Below are positions 26,412-36,372 of a stretch of DNA of 37,810 bases, piece after piece. The notes beneath the pieces were generated by a model. It was not told the origin of the DNA and did not search any database. It saw only the letters and a program-made list of their open reading frames with translations. This DNA comes from Bacillota bacterium (GTDB lineage Bacteria; Bacillota; DTU030): NCBI GenBank assembly GCA_012523785.1, contig JAAYTH010000042.1, positions 1 through 37,810 on the forward strand, in the 5' to 3' direction. Positions within the stretch are counted from its first letter, which is position 1. Each line of letters opens with the position of its first letter. Made by a program: the position numbers and the translations under genes.

Positions 26412-27465
26412 TCATTTGCTTTCCCAGGAGGAAATAGATGCTCTTTTGAAAAAAGAACCGGCCCCGGATGATGTTGCGATACTTACCCCGGAAGAAGTAG
26501 ACGCTCTGGGGGAAATTGGGAATATATCCATGGGAACTGCTGCTACAACATTATCGCAGATCATTGGCCATAGGGTAAGAATTACTACTCCCACTGTCTC
26601 CATCATTGACAAGGGGACATTTACCCAAGACTATCCACTACCACATCTCACCATTGAGGTCCAATACAGCCAAGGGCTGGAAGGAATGAATATTTTTATT
26701 ATGGGGGAACGGGATGCATATATAATAGCCCAGTTAATGCTGGGTCAAGAACCAGAAGAAAAATTTGAGCTGGATGAAATCCGCCTCAGTGCAATTGGTG
26801 AGGCAATGAACCAGATGATGGGGTCGGCGGCGACTGCGGTCTCAACTATGTTCGATAAAGTTGTCACTATTATGCCTCCCCAAGTGGAATTGGTTGATTT
26901 TGCCGCTAAAGATTTGGAAGATATTTTGCCCGCTAGTGCTGACACAAATATAGTCAAGGTTAGTTTCGACCTCACTATTGAGGGGCTGATAGACAGTAAA
27001 ATAATGCAGATGGTTCCCATTCCCTTTGCCAGGGGTATGGTTAAAACCTTGATGGGGCCTACTATTACACCCAAACCCGCCCTAACTAGGAAAAAAATGG
27101 CGACTACAGATAGTAAGTCCCCGGAACATGTGTTACAAGAAGAGTCTGTAGTGGTCCAACCGGTACATTTTGCCCCCCTTAAATCCCAAACAACTGGAGG
27201 AAGTCAAGGGAACATGGAACTTTTGCTTGATATTCCCCTAGAAGTGTCTGTAGAGCTGGGAAGGACTAAACGAGTACTTAAAGAGATCCTGGCCCTTGGG
27301 GTCGGATCTATCCTGGAGCTGGATAATTTAGCCGGTGAGCCTGTAGATATTCTGGTCAATGGGACACTGATAGCCCATGGAGAGGTAGTAGTAATTGGCG
27401 AAAATTTCGGGGTGAGGGTAACAAATATAGTCGGATTGCAGGAACGGGTGAAAACCCTGCAATAA
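26404..27465 (+). CDS. fliY: Flagellar switch phosphatase FliY (CheC-like plus FliN domain)
   Basis: LSQEEIDALL CheY-binding peptide, two ExxN phosphatase motifs (EIGN, EAMN) and a FliN domain LLDIPLEVSVELGRT...GEVVVIGENFGVRV. Confidence 0.95.
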   Translation: MGNHLLSQEEIDALLKKEPAPDDVAILTPEEVDALGEIGNISMGTAATTLSQIIGHRVRITTPTVSIIDKGTFTQDYPLPHLTIEVQYSQGLEGMNIFIMGERDAYIIAQLMLGQEPEEKFELDEIRLSAIGEAMNQMMGSAATAVSTMFDKVVTIMPPQVELVDFAAKDLEDILPASADTNIVKVSFDLTIEGLIDSKIMQMVPIPFARGMVKTLMGPTITPKPALTRKKMATTDSKSPEHVLQEESVVVQPVHFAPLKSQTTGGSQGNMELLLDIPLEVSVELGRTKRVLKEILALGVGSILELDNLAGEPVDILVNGTLIAHGEVVVIGENFGVRVTNIVGLQERVKTLQ

Positions 27466-27502
27466 TAAGGGCTAATTTAAATATGGCTAAGGAGGATTGC
27501 AC

Positions 27503-27865
27503 ATGGGGCAAAAAATTCTGGTTGTGGATGATGCCGCCTTTATGCGCATGATGCTTAAAGATATTTTGACAAAAAACAATTTCCAGGTCGTCGGCGAAGC
27601 AGGAGATGGAAAAAAGGCGGTGGAAGATTATAAGGAATTAAAACCCGATCTGGTTACAATGGATATCACCATGCCCGAAATGGACGGAATTGAAGCTGTA
27701 AAACAAATCAGGGCAATTGATCCCAATGCACGGGTTGTTATGTGCAGTGCCATGGGACAGCAGGCTATGGTCATTGATGCCATTCGGGCCGGGGCCCTGG
27801 ATTTTATTGTAAAACCTTTTCAGCCTGAACGGGTTGTTGAAGCAGTCCGCAAGGCTTTGAGGTAG
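27503..27865 (+). CDS. cheY: Chemotaxis response regulator CheY
   Basis: VDDAAFMRMM, PDLVTMDITMPEMDG, CSAMGQ and DFIVKPF. Confidence 0.96.
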   Translation: MGQKILVVDDAAFMRMMLKDILTKNNFQVVGEAGDGKKAVEDYKELKPDLVTMDITMPEMDGIEAVKQIRAIDPNARVVMCSAMGQQAMVIDAIRAGALDFIVKPFQPERVVEAVRKALR

Positions 27866-27875
27866 GGTAAAGGAA

Positions 27876-28436
27876 ATGGATAGGTTAAATTTTCGTATCG
27901 TTGTCATTATGGCTTGTTTATTTCTGTGCTGCAACAGTCTCGCCGCTGCGGCCAATGAAGATGAATATCTCCCTTCATATAGTGGCCCAGAAGAACCGGG
28001 GGCAATAAACCCACTTTCAATGTTGGGTCGGCTCTTTTTCTCCCTAGTCGTCGTCATTACCTTATTTTATATTTCCGCCAAATTTTTAAAATCCAAGTGG
28101 GGCAGTTCAACGGCGGCGGTGCACATGGCAATTTTGGATCGACTGGTATTGGGGGTTAATAAAGATATATATATTGTCCGTTTGGGTCAGGACTACCTAG
28201 TTTTGGGTGTAACGGGGGAAAATATTTCACTTCTGCAAAAGGTGGAGGAACCAGACTTATTAACTGAATTACAAATGCAGCAAGAAGTGGGGGAGGGGGC
28301 ATTTGAAAAAATCCTTTCCCGCCAGGGTGAAGGCAAATTTCTTTCCTTATCGGCCCTGGAAGCCCGTCTGGCCGGGGCTAAGAAAACAAATAGTACCGGG
28401 GAAAAGTCGCCACGGGGAAAGGAGCGAAACCAATAA
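27876..28436 (+). CDS. fliO: Flagellar biosynthesis protein FliO/FliZ
   Basis: Signal-like N-terminus, a TM helix and LGVNKDIYIV...YLVLGVTGENISLL; precedes fliP. Confidence 0.85.
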   Translation: MDRLNFRIVVIMACLFLCCNSLAAAANEDEYLPSYSGPEEPGAINPLSMLGRLFFSLVVVITLFYISAKFLKSKWGSSTAAVHMAILDRLVLGVNKDIYIVRLGQDYLVLGVTGENISLLQKVEEPDLLTELQMQQEVGEGAFEKILSRQGEGKFLSLSALEARLAGAKKTNSTGEKSPRGKERNQ

Positions 28437-29207
28437 ATGGCTTTAAATAGAGCAACAAAATTGTGCTTTGCCATCGGTCTGGTCCTTTTTCTATTACTGG
28501 CCATAAAGGGTGTGGCATGCGCCCAGCCCATAGCTCCTCCCTGGTTAGATCTTGATTTCATTGGTGAACAGGAACCAGAAGGGGTGGCCCTAACCCTCCA
28601 GATTTTATTTCTACTGACAATTTTATCCCTGGCACCGGCCCTTATGATAATGCTTACTTCCTTTACCAGGATTGTAGTTGTACTATCCTTTGTTCGCAGT
28701 GCCCTGGCCACCCAAAATATGCCACCCAACCAGGTCATTATTGCCTTAGCCCTATTCCTTACCTTTTTTACTATGAACCCTTACTGGCAGCAAATTAATG
28801 AGACTTCCTTGCAACCATATTTACAAGGTGACCTTCCCTATGAGGAGGCAGTTGTACAAGCGGCAGAACCGGTCCGGGATTTTATGTTTAGGCAAACAAA
28901 GGAAAGGGATTTGGCCCTTATTGTAAGTCTTGCTGGCCTGGAAAGGCCCCGGGGCCCGGAAGACATCCCCACATATGCTTTAATCCCCGCCTTTATAACT
29001 AGTGAATTAAAAACTGCCTTCCAGATTGGTTTTCTCATTTACATACCTTTTTTGGTGATTGATATGGTTGTGGCCAGCACATTAATGTCCATGGGAATGT
29101 TAATGTTGCCCCCGGTAATGATTTCATTGCCTTTCAAGGTATTGCTTTTTGTACTGGTCGATGGCTGGCATCTAGTGGTACGTTCCTTGGTCTTGGGCTT
29201 CAATTAG
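28437..29207 (+). CDS. fliP: Flagellar export gate protein FliP
   Basis: TSFTRIVVVL, PPNQV, PAFITSELKTAFQIGF and ISLPFK.LLFVLVDGW. Confidence 0.97.
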   Translation: MALNRATKLCFAIGLVLFLLLAIKGVACAQPIAPPWLDLDFIGEQEPEGVALTLQILFLLTILSLAPALMIMLTSFTRIVVVLSFVRSALATQNMPPNQVIIALALFLTFFTMNPYWQQINETSLQPYLQGDLPYEEAVVQAAEPVRDFMFRQTKERDLALIVSLAGLERPRGPEDIPTYALIPAFITSELKTAFQIGFLIYIPFLVIDMVVASTLMSMGMLMLPPVMISLPFKVLLFVLVDGWHLVVRSLVLGFN

Positions 29208-29224
29208 CTGCGGGGGGAATACAT

Positions 29225-29494
29225 GTGAGTGAAGAGTTTATCATCGCCCTCAGTCAAGATGCACTGTTAACAGTGTTACTTGTTGCCGGACCTATGTTAG
29301 CCTCCGGGCTATTGGTGGGGATTGTCGTGAGCCTTTTTCAGGCCACAACCCAAATCCAAGAACAAACCCTCACCTTTATACCTAAAATTATAGCAGTCTT
29401 GGCTGCTATTGTCCTCTGGGGCCCCTGGATGCTCACAGTACTGTTGCAGTTTGCCCATAAAATACTGGCCAACATACCCTACTATGTACCTTAG
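29225..29494 (+). CDS. fliQ: Flagellar export gate protein FliQ
   Basis: FQATTQIQEQTLTFIPKI and GPWM. Confidence 0.97.
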   Translation: MSEEFIIALSQDALLTVLLVAGPMLASGLLVGIVVSLFQATTQIQEQTLTFIPKIIAVLAAIVLWGPWMLTVLLQFAHKILANIPYYVP

Positions 29495-29509
29495 GAGGGA
29501 AAAGGAAAA

Positions 29510-30292
29510 GTGCCAGATATTATCTTATTGCAGGAAGGATTGCGATTATTCCTGTTGGTTTTAACCCGGATAGGGGCCATGATAACTGCTGCACCCTTTT
29601 GGAGCAGTAGAGTAATTCCCATGCAGGTCAAGATCTACTTCACTATTCTCACCAGTGCTGCCCTTCTTCCCCTAATTTGGGAATCAGTTCCATCGGTTTC
29701 AAGCGGGCTCTCATTATACATCCTAATGGTAATACGGGAAACAGTATTGGGGCTGATTCTGGGAATAGCCAGTATTTTACTTTTTAATGCTATTCAGGTG
29801 GCAGGACAAATAATTGATACTCAAATGGGTTTTGGAATGGTAAATGTACTTGATCCCCAATCGGGGACACAGATGCCAATGATGGGCAACTTTTACTACC
29901 TAATTGCACTTTTACTATTCATCTTGAGTGATGGCCACCACTATCTTTTAACAGCCTTGACCCACAGCTTTATTCTTGTTCCACCGGGTACACTAATACC
30001 CTTTCCGATTCATATGTGGCAAGATCTTGCCGGGCTCTTTGGCCAGATATTAATATTTGCACTACAAATCGCCTTACCAGTAGCTGGCGTACTTTTCCTC
30101 GCCGATATCGCCCTAGGTATTATAGCCCGCACCGTACCTCAAATGAATGTTTTTGTTCTGGGGATACCAATTAAGATCTTGGTTGGAATTATTACTATTT
30201 TTGTTGTACTCCCCCTTTATGTAGTGTCCTTGCGTTTCTTATTCCGACAAATATTTGACACCCTAGATTTATTAATTCAGACCTGCAGTTAG
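29510..30292 (+). CDS. fliR: Flagellar export gate protein FliR
   Basis: AGQIIDTQMGF...DP, DGHH and ARTVPQMNVFVLGIP.K. Confidence 0.96.
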   Translation: MPDIILLQEGLRLFLLVLTRIGAMITAAPFWSSRVIPMQVKIYFTILTSAALLPLIWESVPSVSSGLSLYILMVIRETVLGLILGIASILLFNAIQVAGQIIDTQMGFGMVNVLDPQSGTQMPMMGNFYYLIALLLFILSDGHHYLLTALTHSFILVPPGTLIPFPIHMWQDLAGLFGQILIFALQIALPVAGVLFLADIALGIIARTVPQMNVFVLGIPIKILVGIITIFVVLPLYVVSLRFLFRQIFDTLDLLIQTCS

Positions 30293-30319
30293 ACAGCATC
30301 ACCAATAAGGAGTGCCACT

Positions 30320-31450
30320 ATGGGAGATAAGCACAAATCTACTTTGTTGTTGAAAAACCACTCCCGGATTCCCCGGCGGACTATCAATTGTCAACTATTT
30401 GCCCAAGAGAAAACTGAACAAGCCACACCCCGGAGACGTCGGGAGGCCAGGCGCAAAGGACAGGTTTATAAAAGTCAGGAATTCTCTTCCGCCCTTCTCC
30501 TGTTGGCCACCTTTGGTATTTTATATGTTTCCCTTCCCCATATGAAAAGCGAATTCGAAAAATTATTCACCTGGGTTTTTTCCTTAAACCCGCGACAATT
30601 ATCTACCCCAGCGGGTTTAACCGGGATTTATCCTCAAATTATTCTTTCCTTTGGCAAGCTGCTCTTTCCATTATTGGTAACAGTGATGGCTTCCGGATTA
30701 ATCAGTAATATCTCCCAGACGGGCTTTATTCTAAGTGGGGAACCCTTACGCTTTAAACCAGAGCGCCTCAACCCGGTAGAAGGCTTTAAGCGTATTTTTT
30801 CCCGCCGGGCCTTGGTACAGCTATTAAAATCCCTGGCAAAGTTAATTATTGTACTTGTCATTACGCGTCTCTTAATAAACCAGTACCTTGATCAAATAAC
30901 ACTGCTATCTTTGATGGAGATGAAAGAGGGTGTGGGGATTATAGGATATTTAGCTATGCGGCTAGGGATCAGCTGTGGAGCAGTCCTTCTATTATTGGGT
31001 GTAATGGATATCTATTATCAACGTTGGGAACATGAACGCAGCCTAAGGATGTCGAAACAGGAAGTTAAGGAAGAAATGAAGCGGATGGAGGGGGACCCCC
31101 AGATCCGGGCCAGAATACGGGAACGGCAAAGACAAATGGCTGTACTGCGGATGATGGAGGATGTACCCAAGGCTGATTTAGTTATTACCAACCCCACCCA
31201 ATACGCCGTGGCTTTAAAGTACGAGGCCCCAAAGATGTTGGCTCCTTTAGTCCTGGCCAAGGGCAAGGGTTACATGGCACAAAGGATCAAGGATACCGCC
31301 AAGGCCCATGAAATAGCTATAGTGGAAAACCGGCCTTTGGCCCAAGGGCTGTACTGGGGGACTGAAATAGGGGAAGAAATACCGGTTGAATTCTACCAGG
31401 CCGTGGCAGAGGTCTTGGCATTTATCTATCAACTACGAAATAGATACTGA
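30320..31450 (+). CDS. flhB: Flagellar export switch protein FlhB
   Basis: EKTEQATPRR, RLNPVEGFKRIFS, MSKQEVKEE.K..EGDP and the autocleavage loop TNPTQYAVAL. Confidence 0.96.
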   Translation: MGDKHKSTLLLKNHSRIPRRTINCQLFAQEKTEQATPRRRREARRKGQVYKSQEFSSALLLLATFGILYVSLPHMKSEFEKLFTWVFSLNPRQLSTPAGLTGIYPQIILSFGKLLFPLLVTVMASGLISNISQTGFILSGEPLRFKPERLNPVEGFKRIFSRRALVQLLKSLAKLIIVLVITRLLINQYLDQITLLSLMEMKEGVGIIGYLAMRLGISCGAVLLLLGVMDIYYQRWEHERSLRMSKQEVKEEMKRMEGDPQIRARIRERQRQMAVLRMMEDVPKADLVITNPTQYAVALKYEAPKMLAPLVLAKGKGYMAQRIKDTAKAHEIAIVENRPLAQGLYWGTEIGEEIPVEFYQAVAEVLAFIYQLRNRY

Positions 31451-31475
31451 CCAGCCTATAAGGGGAGGGAAGGAT

Positions 31476-33557
31476 ATGGCATTCACAACTAATACAACCG
31501 CCGGGCCAACTGCCGGACTGCTGCGTTATAGCGATGTTTTCATTGCCTTTGTTGTAATTACCATCGTGGCCATGATGATTATTCCCATGCCTCCTTTCCT
31601 TTTGGATATAATGTTGGCCTTTAACATCACCTTTGCACTTCTGGTCTTACTAATAGCCATGAATACCCTTCAACCTCTAGAGTTTTCCGTATTTCCTTCC
31701 CTGCTGCTGGTGGCAACCCTTTTTCGTTTATCCTTAAACGTTTCCTCCACCAGACTTATTTTGCTGGAAGGTTATGCCGGACGTGTTATTCTGTCCTTTG
31801 GCCAATTCGTTGTCAGCGGCAACCCGGTCGTTGGTTTTATTGTATTTCTGATCCTTGTTGTTATACAGTTTATCGTTATCACCAAGGGGGCGGAAAGGGT
31901 AGCTGAAGTTGCAGCCCGTTTCACCCTGGATGCAATGCCGGGAAAACAGATGAGCATAGACGCTGATCTCAATGCTGGAATTATTACTGAAAATGAGGCC
32001 CGGGTCAAGCGCTTGGAAATTCGGCGTGAAGCAGATTTTTATGGAGCAATGGATGGGGCCAGCAAATTCGTCAAAGGGGATGCCATTGCCGGGATTGTAA
32101 TCACCCTTATTAATATAGGGGGAGGGTTTATCATCGGCATGCTCCAGGAGGGTATGCCCTGGGATGCGGCCCTACAAAAATATACCCTATTGACCGTTGG
32201 TGACGGTTTGGTTACCCAGATCCCTGCCCTTTTAATTTCAACGGCGACGGGCATCATCGTCACCCGCTCGGCTTCTGAAAGTAATCTGGGTCAAGATTTA
32301 ACCAAACAACTCCTATCCCAGCCCCGGGTATTAACGGTAGCCACGGTATTGTTGACCCTGCTGGGATTGATCCCAGGACTACCATCAATTCCTTTCTTTT
32401 TCCTGGCTGGTCTCACCGGTTATTTGGCCTATAACCTAAATATTTCCCAGCAAAGGGAGATAAAACAAAGGGATACAGAAAGGGAGAAAAAACCCGATCC
32501 CCTTCTACAGCAAAGGGATATGACCTCACTCCTGCAGGTCGATCCCTTGGAGGTTGAATTGGGATATGCCCTTGTTCCCATGGCTGATCCCCAGCAGGGC
32601 GGTGATCTTTTAGAACGTATTGTCTTAATCCGCAGACAACAGGCCCTGGAGATGGGGTTTTTGGTGCCTACGGTGCGGGTCCGGGACAATATGCAACTAT
32701 CCCCCAATCAATACCGCATAAGTGTACGGGGATTAGAAACCGCCGAGGGAGAATTGATGCCGGGTTATGTATTGGCAATGGGCCCGGAGGAAAGTGAAAG
32801 TCATGTGGATGGCATCCCCACCCGGGAACCTACCTTCGGCTTACCAGCACTGTGGATTCGGGAAGAACAGCGGCAAGAAGCAGAAGAAGCCAATTATACG
32901 GTGGTTGATCCGCCAGCTGTTTTGGCTACCCATCTTACCGAAGTAATTAAGGAGCATATTCATGAATTATTGGGTCGGCAGGAAGTAAAAACCCTCCTGG
33001 ATGGCATACGGGAAAATTACCCAGCAATTGTCGATGAGTTGGTCCCGACAATTTTGAGCCTGGGCCAAGTCCAACGGGTTTTGGGGAATCTACTGAAAGA
33101 AAAGGTTTCTATCCGTAACTTAGTTACAATTCTTGAGACCTTGGGCGACTACGGCCCTTTGACTAAGGATACCGACCTTTTGACTGAATATGTGCGACAA
33201 TCTCTGGCCCGGCAAATTTCTCACCAATACCGCCCCGAAAAGGGGCCGCTGCCGGTAATAACCTTGGCACCAGATGTCGAAGAAACAATCCGCAGCTCGC
33301 TGCAGCAATCAGAATACGGCAACTACCTGGCCCTAGCACCGGAAAAAACTGAGAAACTTCTTCATTCTTTGAAATCTATATATCAGGAGGCCATGGCCCA
33401 GGGTTATCAAACACCTATTCTCCTTAGCAGCCCCGTTATCAGGTTCTATTTGTGGCGTTTGCTGGAGAAACAACTGCCCCGAATGCCAGTGTTATCCTAT
33501 AACGAATTGGAAGCAAACATGGAGATACAGGTAATTGGAAGGGTGGGCCCAATATGA
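31476..33557 (+). CDS. flhA: Flagellar export protein FlhA
   Basis: RVAEVAARFTLDAMPGKQMSIDADL, FYGAMDGASKFVKGDAIAG and GDGLVTQIPALL. Start moved to ATG 31476. Confidence 0.97.
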   Translation: MAFTTNTTAGPTAGLLRYSDVFIAFVVITIVAMMIIPMPPFLLDIMLAFNITFALLVLLIAMNTLQPLEFSVFPSLLLVATLFRLSLNVSSTRLILLEGYAGRVILSFGQFVVSGNPVVGFIVFLILVVIQFIVITKGAERVAEVAARFTLDAMPGKQMSIDADLNAGIITENEARVKRLEIRREADFYGAMDGASKFVKGDAIAGIVITLINIGGGFIIGMLQEGMPWDAALQKYTLLTVGDGLVTQIPALLISTATGIIVTRSASESNLGQDLTKQLLSQPRVLTVATVLLTLLGLIPGLPSIPFFFLAGLTGYLAYNLNISQQREIKQRDTEREKKPDPLLQQRDMTSLLQVDPLEVELGYALVPMADPQQGGDLLERIVLIRRQQALEMGFLVPTVRVRDNMQLSPNQYRISVRGLETAEGELMPGYVLAMGPEESESHVDGIPTREPTFGLPALWIREEQRQEAEEANYTVVDPPAVLATHLTEVIKEHIHELLGRQEVKTLLDGIRENYPAIVDELVPTILSLGQVQRVLGNLLKEKVSIRNLVTILETLGDYGPLTKDTDLLTEYVRQSLARQISHQYRPEKGPLPVITLAPDVEETIRSSLQQSEYGNYLALAPEKTEKLLHSLKSIYQEAMAQGYQTPILLSSPVIRFYLWRLLEKQLPRMPVLSYNELEANMEIQVIGRVGPI

Positions 33558-34690
33558 GAATCAAACGTTATGAATCCAGTGACCTACAATCTGCCATTCA
33601 AAAGGTAAAAGCAGAATTAGGAGAAAATGCAATAATCCTCAATACTAGACGCCGCAAAAAAGGTGGTCTTTGGGGATGGTTCGGCAAAGAAATAATTGAA
33701 ATTACCGCAGCAGTAGCCGACACCCCCAAGATCCGTCCCCGTCCCTTACCTCCGCCTACTGCCCCACTGGCTGTACCGCCCCAGCCCCAAATGCTGTCAC
33801 TGTTGCAAAATGAATTAAATGAGATCAAAACCATGGTTTCTGACTTAACAAAGGAGCCCCGGGGCACACTGGGGGGCAGTCAAATGGACGGAGGCCCCTT
33901 AGCTTCTAACCAACACCTTATGGCCTTCAATAATCTGCTTATCTCTAATGATGTTACCGGGGATAATGCCACTGCCTTAATAGAAAAGGTTGTCGCAACT
34001 CTGCCTAGAGAGAAGCTGGAGGATTATGAGCAAGCCAAGGCAGCCCTTTTGCGTGCCTTGGCTATAGACCTAAAGATTACAAATCCTACTGCCTTTGAAA
34101 GCGGACAGCAAATTGTTGCCTTGGTAGGCCCTACAGGGGTCGGAAAAACAACTACCATTGCCAAGTTGGCCGCAAGATCTGCACTATTGGAAAATCGTGG
34201 TGTAAGCTTAATTACAGCCGATACCTATCGTATTGCTGCAGTAGAACAGCTGCGCCGCTATGCAGAAATAATCGGCGTTCCCCTGGAGGTGGTGTTAGGG
34301 GCAGAGGATTTGCAAAAGGCCCTTGAACAGCACAAAGACAAGAATCTGATTCTAATTGATACCGCCGGGAGAAGTCAACGCAATATTGTCCAGCTTTCAG
34401 AGTTAAGAAATATACTTAGCTTAACTACACAGGTCAAAACCCTGTTGGTGTTAAGTTTAACTACCAAATATCGGGACCTGTTGGATATTACAACAAAATA
34501 TCAGCGGGTTGAATATGATGCCCTCTTGTTTACCAAACTTGACGAAACAACCAGCTATGGTTCCATATACAATATTGCTAAGGCCACGGGGAAACCTTTG
34601 ACCTATATTACCACAGGACAGAATGTACCCGATGATATAGAGGCTGCCGAGCCCATGAAGATTGCAAAAATGATCCTGAGGGAGACATAA
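33554..34690 (+). CDS. flhF: SRP-family GTPase FlhF
   Basis: [38 protein letters not shown] and GQNVPDDI. Confidence 0.96.
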   Translation: MRIKRYESSDLQSAIQKVKAELGENAIILNTRRRKKGGLWGWFGKEIIEITAAVADTPKIRPRPLPPPTAPLAVPPQPQMLSLLQNELNEIKTMVSDLTKEPRGTLGGSQMDGGPLASNQHLMAFNNLLISNDVTGDNATALIEKVVATLPREKLEDYEQAKAALLRALAIDLKITNPTAFESGQQIVALVGPTGVGKTTTIAKLAARSALLENRGVSLITADTYRIAAVEQLRRYAEIIGVPLEVVLGAEDLQKALEQHKDKNLILIDTAGRSQRNIVQLSELRNILSLTTQVKTLLVLSLTTKYRDLLDITTKYQRVEYDALLFTKLDETTSYGSIYNIAKATGKPLTYITTGQNVPDDIEAAEPMKIAKMILRET

Positions 34691-34692
34691 TC

Positions 34693-35580
34693 ATGTCCGA
34701 TCAAGCCAAAGTGTTGCGACAACTGGCAAAAAACGCAAAACAAGGTGCCCAACATCCTTCCCTTTGCCTACCCGGGTGCCGAGTTGTAGCAATTACAAGC
34801 GGTAAGGGAGGGGTAGGCAAAACAAATCTAACGGTCAACTTGGCTCTAGCCCTAAAAGAACAGGGAAAAAGGGTACTGGTATTTGATGCCGATTTGGGTT
34901 TGGCCAATATCGATGTCATAATGGGCATAATACCCTCCCTTACCTTGACCCATGTAATGAAGGGAGAAAAAAAGCTTAAGGACATCATTGTATATGAACA
35001 TGGCATCGGCTTGATAGCCGGCAGCTCCGGTGTGGAGGAATTTCTTAACTTGCAAGAATGGCAGTTGCAAAATTTCCTGCGGGAATTGCAACAATTAGAT
35101 GGCATGGGGGATTTTATATTTATTGATACCGGGGCCGGGATTTCCCACCAGGTATTAGGATTTGTCCTAGTAGCGACGGATATAATTCTTGTCACTACAC
35201 CAGAGCCCAGTGCTATTACCGACGCCTATGCCCTACTAAAGGTGATAGCCAGTAAAAATAAGGAGGCAATTGTGCGTCTAGTTGTGAACCGGGCCATGAA
35301 CCCACGAGAGGCTAGACAGGTGTTAAATAAATTGAAGTTGGTGACAAAAGAATTTTTAGCCATGGAACTGTTGGACTTGGGTTATATCGTGGAGGACCCA
35401 CGTATACCCCGGGCTGTAAAGGCACAGGAGCCTTTTCTATATTCTTATCCCCATTCCCCGGCCAGTTTATGTTTACATAAGGTCGCAGATAGACTTCTAT
35501 CAAAATCTGGTGATGATATCCCACCCCGCGCCGATAACTTAAAGGGATTTTTTCAGCGGATGTTTAGTTTGTTCCATTAG
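34693..35580 (+). CDS. flhG: MinD-like ATPase FlhG (YlxH/FleN)
   Basis: DQA..LR N-terminus, SGKGGVGKT, DADLGLAN, DTGAGI and TTPEPSAITDAY. Confidence 0.95.
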   Translation: MSDQAKVLRQLAKNAKQGAQHPSLCLPGCRVVAITSGKGGVGKTNLTVNLALALKEQGKRVLVFDADLGLANIDVIMGIIPSLTLTHVMKGEKKLKDIIVYEHGIGLIAGSSGVEEFLNLQEWQLQNFLRELQQLDGMGDFIFIDTGAGISHQVLGFVLVATDIILVTTPEPSAITDAYALLKVIASKNKEAIVRLVVNRAMNPREARQVLNKLKLVTKEFLAMELLDLGYIVEDPRIPRAVKAQEPFLYSYPHSPASLCLHKVADRLLSKSGDDIPPRADNLKGFFQRMFSLFH

Positions 35581-35684
35581 TGGGACATAAAGAGCAAATA
35601 TAGATAGAGGCCCCAGATGGTACACCGTTTTTACATACATAAGCTGTGTATTACCCGCTTGAAATACAATAGGGAGGAGCTTTA

Positions 35685-36308
35685 ATGCACATACTCAGCA
35701 TCAACCAAAAATTAAAAATACAGCCGATTTCACAAAAACAAGTATATACTACCTACATAACGGAAAAAACAGATGAACTTCTGACCATTGCTGCACCTAT
35801 GCATAAGAACCAGTTTATAACCTTCCCCTTAGGACAAATTTTAAAGTTATGGTATCCGGGATGCTATGCTGTTTATACCTTTACCAGCTCGATTGTTGGA
35901 AAAAAACCCGGACCGCCCCCTTTGCTGATAATAGAATATCCAAGCAAGTTTTATCGCAGCCAACGGCGACAATTTGTACGTCTTAAATCACTAATATCGG
36001 TAAAAGTAGAATTAACCGATTCACCCAAAACCTCATACCAAGGCCATGCTATTAATATCAGCGCCGGTGGGGTGTATCTGGTAATGGGGAAAAATTGTAA
36101 ACCCGGCACAGAAATTAACCTAACCCTGCAAAGACCATCCCTTCCCAAGATCCTGGGCAAGGTATTACGTTCCTACCCATCGACCCGCGGTGCCGGGCTA
36201 TGGGAATGGGCAGTAGAGTTTATTGATATTACAGAACAAGAACAAGACAAAATCACAAAGTTTATTTTTGCCAAACAGCTGGAACTGCGGCGCAGAGGGT
36301 TACTATAA
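35685..36308 (+). CDS. YcgR/MotI-like PilZ-domain flagellar brake protein
   Basis: N-terminal YcgR-like domain and the c-di-GMP-binding motifs RxxxR (QRRQFVR) and (D/N)xSxxG (NISAGG). Confidence 0.88.
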   Translation: MHILSINQKLKIQPISQKQVYTTYITEKTDELLTIAAPMHKNQFITFPLGQILKLWYPGCYAVYTFTSSIVGKKPGPPPLLIIEYPSKFYRSQRRQFVRLKSLISVKVELTDSPKTSYQGHAINISAGGVYLVMGKNCKPGTEINLTLQRPSLPKILGKVLRSYPSTRGAGLWEWAVEFIDITEQEQDKITKFIFAKQLELRRRGLL

Positions 36309-36323
36309 CAATTACCGGCGGAA

Positions 36324-36352
36324 ATTACCCCCTTGCCAACGTGCCGATTATA
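36324..36352 (+). promoter_or_regulatory. Possible sigmaD (FliA) promoter before cheA
   Basis: GCCGATTA at 36343-36350 matches the sigma28 -10 element; the -35 is poor (ATTA/TTAC instead of TAAA). Confidence 0.4.
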
Positions 36353-36372
36353 AACTACAAGGAGGGTGCGAA

